Positions 56,927 through 64,000 of a stretch of 64,000 nt of DNA are shown here, piece after piece. The position numbers were made by a program, and so were the translations under genes. Every line of letters starts with the position of its first letter. The first letter of the stretch is position 1. The notes beneath the pieces are model-generated. The model saw only the letters and a list, made by a program, of their open reading frames with translations, searched no databases and was not told the DNA's origin. This stretch comes from a virus: positions 1 through 64,000 of IMG/VR virus record IMGVR_UViG_3300036819_000331; one strand, given 5' to 3'.

Positions 56927-59236
56927 ATGTCCGAGCTTCGGCTATTCGTTCCCATTGGGAAAGTCGATGCCGCGAAGCGCCTTGTGTATGGGACGTTGAC
57001 GGCGGAGACGCCTGACAAAAGCGGCGAAATTTTTGATTACGCCAGCGGTAAGCCCGCGGTGCAGGCCTGGTCCGATGAGATTAAGGCGGCCACGAAGGGC
57101 AAGTCCCTCGGCAACGTGCGCGCGATGCACGACAAGATCGCTGCTGGTAAGTTCACCGATATTGTCTACGACGACGAGAACAAGCGCATTGAGGGCGCGG
57201 CGAAGATCATCGACGACGCCGAATGGGAAAAGGTCGTCGAAGGCGTTTACACCGGGTTTTCAATCGGGGGATCGTATACCAAGCGTTGGCAGGACAAAGA
57301 CAATCCCAGCCTCTGGCGCTTCACGCCCGAACTGAGCGAAATCTCGCTCGTCGATAACCCCTGCGTCCCCACCGCGACCTTCGAATACATCAAAGCCGAC
57401 GGCTCGCGCGAAATGCGCAAATTCATCACCCATTCACACAAAGAGGATTCTATGGACCCCAAGGCACTCGCTGCCGCCAAAGAGGCGCTGGCAAAAGGCA
57501 CCGCGACGGATGAGCAGAAAACGTTGCTGGCAAAAGAAACCGCCGAGCTGCTGAGAGCCGCGCAGGAAGCTGATGCCAAAGGTGAGGCCACCGATGACCA
57601 GAAGGCTCTCGTGAAAGCCGCGGCCGATGAAGCCGCGAAGGTCGTGCTGGTAAAGGACGGCAAGCCGGTGAAGCCCAAGACCGCGCCTGTGCAGGATAAC
57701 GCGTGGATCGCCCCGACCGACGGCTCCCGCCACGCCACGAAGCGGGAAGCGGAGATCCACGAATTACACCTCGAAAAACAGGCCGAGCTCGCGCCTGGCC
57801 TCGCCCAGATGGACGCCCTGCTGAAAGGTGCCAAGACGCCCGCCGAGGATGAGGACGAAGACGCCGAAGGCGACGACGAGGACGCCAAGGCCAAAAAGAA
57901 GGAGCGCCGCGAGAAAAAGGCCAAGGAGAAGGCCGAAAAGGACGACGCCGAGATGGCGGCGAAGGCCAAGGAAAAAGAGGAGGCCGACAAGGCCGCTGCG
58001 GACGAACTGGCGAAGAAGGCCAAAGAGCAAGCTGATGCGGCTGCCACGCTCGGCAAAAAGGATTACTCCGATAAGGAGCGCAAGGAAATGGCCGACAAAG
58101 GTGAGGCCATGGCCGGCGGCGAGTTCCCAATCAAAACGAAGAAGGATGTCGAGGACGCCGTCAAAGATTGGGGCCGCGCAGGATCGAAACCGGACGTAAA
58201 AGCCCATATCATCGCCCGGGCAAAGGCTATCGGCGCTGAGGACGCGCTGCCTGACGGCTGGATAAAGAAGGATAAGAAGGAAAAAGCGACACCGACCGGC
58301 AAGCTCGAAAAGGGCCTGCATCAGGTGGGCTGGCTCGCGCGCATGCTCGATGAGTTGAACCAGTTCAAGGGCTGCGTGGCAATGGAGCAGTATTTCGAGG
58401 GCGACACCGATAGCGAGTTGCCCGCGAAGCTCAAGTCGCTCGTCTCCGAAATGTGCGAGTTGCTGGTGACCCTCGTGCAGGAAGAGACCGAGGAATTGAC
58501 CGAAGGTGACGACGACGATGTCGAGATCCTCGAAATGGCCGCCGGTCTTCCCGCCGGTCATCCCGAAGCGATCGCGAAGGCCGCGCGCGCCAAGGCCGAG
58601 CCGCTGGTGAAGTCGGACAGCAAGAAGGATTCCGAGTTCGGTGCTCAGCTGGTCAAATTCGCCGAAGCGCTTGAAAAAGCCGGTGCTCGTCATAGCAAGG
58701 CCGATGCGGAGCGCGTGCAGGCGCTGCATGACCATGCGGCTGATGTCGTGAAATGCTTCGGAGCAATGGCCGAGAAATGCACCGACATGCACAAGGCGTC
58801 AGGAGAGGCGAAGAATACCGCCATCGATCTCGGTGCCAAAGGCGACCGCTACGAAGGCGAAGACGACACCGCAAACAAGAGCGCCGCGAAAATGAGCAAG
58901 CTGCTCGATGCGCTTCAGGCTGAGCGGGATAACGGCGCTGCGACAGCGAAGGTCCTGACCAGCACCTATGAACGACTTGAGAAGGCCATCCCCCTGATTG
59001 AAGGCCTTCAGAAGCAGAATGCGGAATTCGTTTCGAGAATTGAACACCTGGAATCGCAGCCTGCTGCGCCCAAGGGCAATGTGAGGACGATTTCCAAAGC
59101 TCAGGATAACGGTGATGCCGGTGGCGAAACCGAGGCTGAGTATCAGGCGAAGCTGGCGAAAATGAGTCCTGTGGAGAAGTCGCGCGAACTGATGAAGCTC
59201 GCGATGGCCAACCCTCAGGAATTGCAGCGCCTGTAG
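56927..59236 (+). CDS. XkdF-like prohead protease fused to a long scaffold region
   Basis: KVDAAKRLVYG..PDKSGE...VRAMH...YTGFSIGG...EISLVDNPC; charged coiled-coil C-terminus. Confidence 0.85.
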   Translation: MSELRLFVPIGKVDAAKRLVYGTLTAETPDKSGEIFDYASGKPAVQAWSDEIKAATKGKSLGNVRAMHDKIAAGKFTDIVYDDENKRIEGAAKIIDDAEWEKVVEGVYTGFSIGGSYTKRWQDKDNPSLWRFTPELSEISLVDNPCVPTATFEYIKADGSREMRKFITHSHKEDSMDPKALAAAKEALAKGTATDEQKTLLAKETAELLRAAQEADAKGEATDDQKALVKAAADEAAKVVLVKDGKPVKPKTAPVQDNAWIAPTDGSRHATKREAEIHELHLEKQAELAPGLAQMDALLKGAKTPAEDEDEDAEGDDEDAKAKKKERREKKAKEKAEKDDAEMAAKAKEKEEADKAAADELAKKAKEQADAAATLGKKDYSDKERKEMADKGEAMAGGEFPIKTKKDVEDAVKDWGRAGSKPDVKAHIIARAKAIGAEDALPDGWIKKDKKEKATPTGKLEKGLHQVGWLARMLDELNQFKGCVAMEQYFEGDTDSELPAKLKSLVSEMCELLVTLVQEETEELTEGDDDDVEILEMAAGLPAGHPEAIAKAARAKAEPLVKSDSKKDSEFGAQLVKFAEALEKAGARHSKADAERVQALHDHAADVVKCFGAMAEKCTDMHKASGEAKNTAIDLGAKGDRYEGEDDTANKSAAKMSKLLDALQAERDNGAATAKVLTSTYERLEKAIPLIEGLQKQNAEFVSRIEHLESQPAAPKGNVRTISKAQDNGDAGGETEAEYQAKLAKMSPVEKSRELMKLAMANPQELQRL

Positions 59237-59283
59237 CTATCCCTCCCTATTCCCATTAACCAATTCAATTTTTGAGGCTTTTT

Positions 59284-60813
59284 ATGCTCAGTCCCACGGC
59301 GGAAACCCTCGCGCTTACGCGCCAGGCACTCGCCAACAAAATGACGAAAGAGGAGGCCCTTGCAAAGGGCGTCACCGTCAGTACCGGCTTGGTCTATTAC
59401 GACCTGCAGGCTCCCGCAAAGAACCTGTACCCGGTAATCACTCCCCTGCGCAACGCCATTCCGCGCGTCGGCCGCCCGATCGGGTACGGCGACTCCGCGA
59501 AGTGGAAGCAGATCGCGGCAATCACTGGCTCCGGTTACGACGCGATGGGCTGGGTCCCGGAGGGCCAGCGCTCGGGCACGATGTCCTACAGCGCAACGCT
59601 CAAGTCTTCCACCTACATGACGCTGGGTGAAGAAGACTACGCGACCTACGAGGCCATCTCTGCCGGCGAAGGCTTCGAGAACGTCGAGTCCACCGACAGC
59701 TTGCGCACGCTGCAGAAAATGATGCTCAAGGAAGAGTCCGCTCTTCTGGGTGGCAACGGCGGCGGTGTCCAGCTCGGCACTCCCACGGCTCCTACCCTCG
59801 CTGCTGCGGGTTCTGGCGCAACGCTTCCTGCCCTGACGTACTCCGTAATCGCAGTGGCACTGACCTATGAGGGCTGGCGCAATGCGACTCTGGCGGCTGG
59901 CGTTGCAACCACCAAGACCATCACCGGTGCTGACGGCGGAACCTTCGTGCTGAACGGCGGCTCTTCCAATAAATCCGCCAGCACCACTCAGGCCATAACC
60001 CTCGGCCAGACGCTTTCCGCTACCGTTCCCGCAATCCAGGGCGCGGTTGCTTATGCGTGGTTCGTTGGTGCGGTCGGCAGCGAGACGCTGCAGGCGATCA
60101 CCAACATCAACAGCACGACCTTCGCGGCTCCGCTTACCGCTGGCCGTCAGGCTGCTACCGCCGTAACCGCCGACAGCTCGTCCAACCCCGGCCTGGCCTA
60201 CGACGGCCTGATGACACAGGCGTTCAATACGAACAACCTCGCCTACGTCAACATCATGGCCACCGGCACTGCCGGCACGGGCACGCCGCTTACTGCGTCG
60301 GGCCGCGGCTCGGTGGTTGAGATCGACAACATGCTTCGCAGCATGTGGGACAACTACCGCCTCAGTCCCTCGGTTCTCTACGTCAACAGCCAGGAGCTCA
60401 TCAACATCACCAATAAGGTGCTGGGAACTGGTACGAGCTCGCTGCTGCGCTACGACGCCCCGGCAAACGGCGGCATGGCATCTCCCATCGCAAGCGGTGT
60501 CATCGAATGGTACTTCAATCCCTTCGGCGGCGCCAATGCGGACGACGGCAGCACTGGCGGCGTAAAGATGCCGATCCGGGTGCATCCGAACGTTCCGCCC
60601 GGCACCATCGTTGCCTGGACCAAGGAGCTGCCCGCCTGGTATCAGAACAATGAGGTCCCGAACGTCGCGGAGGTCATCGCGCGCAAGGATTACTACCGCA
60701 TTGACTGGCCGCCCCGCACCCGCAAGCGCGAGTACGGCGTGTATGCCGAGACGACACTCGCGGTCTATGCAACTTTCGGCCTCGGGATCATTACGAACAT
60801 CGCCAATGGTTAA
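59284..60813 (+). CDS. Major capsid protein with internal beta-rich insertion
   Basis: YDLQAPAKNLYPVITPLRNAIPRV...RIDWP..YGVY...IITNIANG; located after the protease. Confidence 0.8.
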   Translation: MLSPTAETLALTRQALANKMTKEEALAKGVTVSTGLVYYDLQAPAKNLYPVITPLRNAIPRVGRPIGYGDSAKWKQIAAITGSGYDAMGWVPEGQRSGTMSYSATLKSSTYMTLGEEDYATYEAISAGEGFENVESTDSLRTLQKMMLKEESALLGGNGGGVQLGTPTAPTLAAAGSGATLPALTYSVIAVALTYEGWRNATLAAGVATTKTITGADGGTFVLNGGSSNKSASTTQAITLGQTLSATVPAIQGAVAYAWFVGAVGSETLQAITNINSTTFAAPLTAGRQAATAVTADSSSNPGLAYDGLMTQAFNTNNLAYVNIMATGTAGTGTPLTASGRGSVVEIDNMLRSMWDNYRLSPSVLYVNSQELINITNKVLGTGTSSLLRYDAPANGGMASPIASGVIEWYFNPFGGANADDGSTGGVKMPIRVHPNVPPGTIVAWTKELPAWYQNNEVPNVAEVIARKDYYRIDWPPRTRKREYGVYAETTLAVYATFGLGIITNIANG

Positions 60814-60896
60814 CAAGTAGTTAACGACGTGCCTGTCAGTGCCCATCTCTTCGGGGGTGGGCACGCACAGATTCATCGCTGACCCAAGGAGTTCCT

Positions 60897-61169
60897 ATGG
60901 CTGAAAACCTGATTACCATGCAGCACGTCTCGAAAGGACCCGCTGCCTTCACCCACGCCCATGTGGCCGTCGAATCCGATGAGGACGGCATCATCGCCAT
61001 CCCGGCTGAATTCACGACACAGGCGAAGGCGCATGGCTTCACGGCCATTGCCTCGAAACCCGCTCCCAAGCCGCTGGCCAAGGACGCGGGTGGCGCGAAG
61101 GGCGGTGACAAGAAGAAACCCGGCGACGCAGAGGACGCGGGTGGCGCGAAGGGCGGTGACGGCAAGTAA
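60897..61169 (+). CDS. Small head-associated protein
   Basis: RBS AAGGAG; contains a 29-bp direct repeat (61081-61109, 61132-61160). Confidence 0.55.
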   Translation: MAENLITMQHVSKGPAAFTHAHVAVESDEDGIIAIPAEFTTQAKAHGFTAIASKPAPKPLAKDAGGAKGGDKKKPGDAEDAGGAKGGDGK

Positions 61170-61983
61170 TCAGCTCACTACGCTGGCGAACGTCAAAGCG
61201 TGGGCGGGTGTCACCACCTCCAGCGATGACACGCTGCTGAACCGCCTGATCGCATCTGCAAGCCGCTTCATCCTCTCCTACCTCCAGCGGCCGACGCTCT
61301 TCGAGTACGTCTTCACCGACGTCTATGACGGCGTCGGCCAGCGGCAGCAAATTCTGCGGCACTGGCCGGTGCTTTCTATCGCGACGCTGCTCATTGGGAA
61401 CCAGACGATCCCAGCCGCACCATCGCCTTTCACCGGCTACGGCTGTGGATACGTCCTCGACCCGTGGGACGGCTTTCCTCCCGGCAGGCCGCAGGCGCTC
61501 TCACTGCGCGGCCATGAATTCTGGCGCGGATACAGCAATGTCGAGGTGACCTACACAGCCGGTTTCGTCGTGCAGAACGAGGCGCAGACCGTTCCAACCA
61601 CGCCGTATCAGGTGACAGTAAACGCTCCGAACGGCAACTGGGCTGTCGATCAGGGTGTTACCTATGCGAATGGCACGCCATTGACGCCTGTGGCGAGCGC
61701 TCCTTCGGTCGGCCAATATATCGCGCCGACGTCGACGAACGCCTTCTACCAATTCGCCGCGGCCGACGCGAACGCCTCGGTGCTCATCTCCTACAGCTAC
61801 ATCCCCGCCGACATCGAGCAGGCCTGTATCGAGATGGTCAGTGAGCGCTACAAGTACAAAGACCGCATTGGCCAGGTGAGTAAGAGCCTCGGCGGGCAGG
61901 AGACAGTATCGTTCAGCCAGAAGAACATGCCGGATTTCATTACGACGCTGTTGCAGCCGTACCGGCGCGTCATCCTCGTCTAA
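61156..61983 (+). CDS. Head-tail adaptor/connector (gp6-like) with inserted domain
   Basis: LTTLANVKAW..DDTLLNRLIASAS...PADIEQACIEMV...LQPYRR. Confidence 0.8.
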   Translation: MTASNQLTTLANVKAWAGVTTSSDDTLLNRLIASASRFILSYLQRPTLFEYVFTDVYDGVGQRQQILRHWPVLSIATLLIGNQTIPAAPSPFTGYGCGYVLDPWDGFPPGRPQALSLRGHEFWRGYSNVEVTYTAGFVVQNEAQTVPTTPYQVTVNAPNGNWAVDQGVTYANGTPLTPVASAPSVGQYIAPTSTNAFYQFAAADANASVLISYSYIPADIEQACIEMVSERYKYKDRIGQVSKSLGGQETVSFSQKNMPDFITTLLQPYRRVILV

Positions 61984-61995
61984 CGGAGAGTTCCG

Positions 61996-62469
61996 GTGAT
62001 CTCAATCGCAGTTGATGACCGTGTCATCATGGCGCGGCTTGCGGCGATGCCGGATAAGCTCCGCGCGCGATTGCTGAAGACCACCTATGCCCTCGCCGAA
62101 AAGCTTAAGAGTAAGGTCCAGCAAAACCTGACGAACCGGCTGCTGAAGATTCAGACCGGTAAGTTGGTGCGCAGCATCTTCGAGCAGGTCACGAACGGGA
62201 CAAACGAAGTTGCCGGGCGCGTGTTTTCGAGCGGGCTGCCCTATGCGGCCATCCAGGAGTTCGGCGGTCAAACGAAAGCCCATATCATCGAAGCGAAGAA
62301 CGGCAAGGCCCTCATGTTCAACATGGGTGGAAAGGCTGTCTTCTTCAAACGGGTGCATCATCCCGGCTCGAACATCAAGGGCGCACATTACATGGGCGAG
62401 GCCTTCAAGGAAATGACGCCGGAAATTCAGGCGAGCTATGAACAGGCGGTGAGCCAGGGGACGAAATAG
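61996..62469 (+). CDS. HK97 gp10-like neck/tail completion protein
   Basis: TGKLVRSI...YAAIQEFGG...VHHPG. Confidence 0.75.
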   Translation: MISIAVDDRVIMARLAAMPDKLRARLLKTTYALAEKLKSKVQQNLTNRLLKIQTGKLVRSIFEQVTNGTNEVAGRVFSSGLPYAAIQEFGGQTKAHIIEAKNGKALMFNMGGKAVFFKRVHHPGSNIKGAHYMGEAFKEMTPEIQASYEQAVSQGTK

Positions 62470-62904
62470 ATGGCGGCCACACGCGAGCAAATAATGCAGG
62501 CGCTGTTTGCGCTCGTGTCCGGGTCCGCGTCCTTCATCACGGCATCGCGCCGCCTCCGGCTCTGGACGGATGTTCCCGCTTCGGAGCGCCCGGCCATCTT
62601 CCAGTATGAGCGGGATGACACCTACACGCTGGGCCAGCAGTACACGCAACGCGTCGAAATGAACGTCGATCTGTACATCTACACAGCACCCGGCAATGAC
62701 AGCGGCGTGATACCAATCTCGATCCTCAACCCGCTGGTCGACGCGGTAGACGCAGCCCTTAAGCCCAGCATCGTGACGCGCAGGCAGACGCTTGGCGGCC
62801 TGGTGTCGCATTGCTACATCGACGGCAAAATTATGAAAGACCCCGGCGACATCGACGGCGACGGAATCGCGGTCATTCCGGTGAAAATCCTCGCGACGGT
62901 TTAA
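62470..62904 (+). CDS. Tail terminator-like protein
   Basis: REQIMQAL...QTLGGLVSHC; located before the tube gene. Confidence 0.65.
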   Translation: MAATREQIMQALFALVSGSASFITASRRLRLWTDVPASERPAIFQYERDDTYTLGQQYTQRVEMNVDLYIYTAPGNDSGVIPISILNPLVDAVDAALKPSIVTRRQTLGGLVSHCYIDGKIMKDPGDIDGDGIAVIPVKILATV

Positions 62905-62933
62905 CCCTTCTTCCTTTTTAAGGAGTATCCCTC

Positions 62934-63698
62934 ATGACGGCTAATAATCCTCCCGGCCTTGGCTTTAACTCTGGCTGGGCGTTCCAGATCGACGGCGACA
63001 CTGTGCCGACTCCCACGCAATTCAAGATTCTCCAGAGCGCTTCGCTAGATTTCAAGAGCACGACGAAAGATCTCTTTGGACAAAACATTTTTCCCGTTGC
63101 GGTTGGGCGGTCACAGATAAAGACCGAGGGCAAGCTCAAGTTCGCCGATTATCAGGGCCGATATATCAGGGATTTCGTTGGGGCTCCCAATAACTCGCTA
63201 ATGGTCGCAGGCCAGACGCTTGTGGCCCTCAACGAGGCGGGCACTGTCGGCACCAGCCCATTCACGTATCAGACAACGAACCATACGACTCAGGTTCTCG
63301 ACCTCGGCGTGGTGTATGCGACCACGGGCATTCCGCTCACCCTAGTCGCTTCTTCGCCGACACAGGGCCAGTATTCGGTTTCCGCTGGCACCTACACCTT
63401 CAACTCCGCAGATTCCGGCGTGTCTGTCTATGTGTCCTACACCTACACGGTATCGACCGCGGGCGACAGCGTGACCATCAGCAATACGCAGGCGGGCGCG
63501 GCAAACTCGTTCCAGACCGTATTTGGCGCGGGTTACAACGGGCTCCAGACCAACTTCATCCTCAACGCCTGCATCCCCACGGACCTTAAGATCGCCGACT
63601 TCAAGATAGGCGATTTCTCCATGCCCGAATTGGGATTCAGCGCGGTCTGCAATGCGGCCGGGGTGCTCGGAACGATCAGCGTGCCCGTCACCAGCTAA
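62934..63698 (+). CDS. Major tail tube protein
   Basis: LQSASLDFKSTTKDLFGQNIFPVAVGR; position; beta-rich. Confidence 0.7.
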   Translation: MTANNPPGLGFNSGWAFQIDGDTVPTPTQFKILQSASLDFKSTTKDLFGQNIFPVAVGRSQIKTEGKLKFADYQGRYIRDFVGAPNNSLMVAGQTLVALNEAGTVGTSPFTYQTTNHTTQVLDLGVVYATTGIPLTLVASSPTQGQYSVSAGTYTFNSADSGVSVYVSYTYTVSTAGDSVTISNTQAGAANSFQTVFGAGYNGLQTNFILNACIPTDLKIADFKIGDFSMPELGFSAVCNAAGVLGTISVPVTS

Positions 63699-63702
63699 GG
63701 TT

Positions 63703-64000
63703 ATGCCTGATATTTCTCCCGAGGAGCTGGCGCGCCAGAAAGCGATTATCGAGGCCCGCCTCAGGGATGAGCGCGTCCTGATCTTCACAAACCTGATGAA
63801 CGGCGTTCCGGACTGGAAGGTGGCGGAGCAGTTTCATAAAAGCGTGCCGGACATCATGCAGATATTCCGGTTCATCCTGCGTAAAATCAGGAGCCGCAGG
63901 CTTGAGCGGATGGAACCACCTATCATCGGCGATTCCATCGCGGAGATACGCAGGCAGCGCATCACCGTGCTGTCGATACTGCCGAAGCTGAATCTGGACA
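63703..64000 (+). CDS. Partial ORF running off the window
   Basis: MPDISPEELARQK..., open to the window end. Confidence 0.5.
   Translation, partial: MPDISPEELARQKAIIEARLRDERVLIFTNLMNGVPDWKVAEQFHKSVPDIMQIFRFILRKIRSRRLERMEPPIIGDSIAEIRRQRITVLSILPKLNLD

Larger units (their letters stand above)
1686..64000. mobile_element. Lambdoid siphovirus-like prophage/phage with an expanded, mosaic early-left arm (boundaries not visible)
   Basis: Divergent cI/cro switch plus recombination, replication, packaging, head and tail modules. Confidence 0.85.

Noticed and set aside
59215-60876. 553-aa minus-strand ORF
   Set aside because: Antisense shadow of the capsid gene
61081-61160. 29-bp direct repeat as a recombination site
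   Set aside because: Explained by an in-frame peptide duplication (DAGGAKGGD twice) in a flexible tail
1-64000. CRISPR array, reverse transcriptase (retron/DGR) or rRNA
   Set aside because: No regularly spaced repeats, no YxDD-type RT ORF and no rRNA-like sequence seen by eye

Overview
Most of this GC-rich window is a lambdoid, siphovirus-type prophage or phage. Its immunity switch lies at about 40.0-41.3 kb: a cI-like S24 repressor, a cro-like gene and five 17-bp GTT(G/T)CA-N5-TGAAAC operators. The rightward arm carries a GapR homologue, a Tad2/DUF2829-like gene, RusA, ParB-N, a DUF1376 replication initiator, then terS, terL, portal, MuF, an XkdF protease/scaffold, capsid, adaptor and tail genes, and runs off the right edge. 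The leftward early arm is unusually long (about 40 kb). It holds RecE/RecT, an ExoX-like nuclease, HNH, Lar and many small coupled genes. It is interrupted by (i) conjugative leading-region-type modules (YubB/ParB, a helicase-methylase, DUF736), each preceded by a long nested stem-loop; (ii) a 4.8-kb IS1595 transporter element carrying an MTase-REase and a HicBA-like pair; (iii) a block with Acidobacteria-type genes and a serine recombinase-RepB primase fusion; and (iv) many single-gene morons, several apparently leaderless. The most notable observations are: antisense morons covered by operon-strand ORFs that keep translational coupling, a slippery A9G site that would fuse portal to MuF, an overprinted ORF inside the helicase gene, the recombinase-primase fusion with an internal RBS and hairpin, structured intergenic RNA candidates around the tad2-like gene, and an alphaproteobacterial/acidobacterial mosaic. 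No CRISPR array, tRNA, reverse transcriptase or tyrosine integrase was seen. All family calls come from motif recognition by eye, not from database searches.
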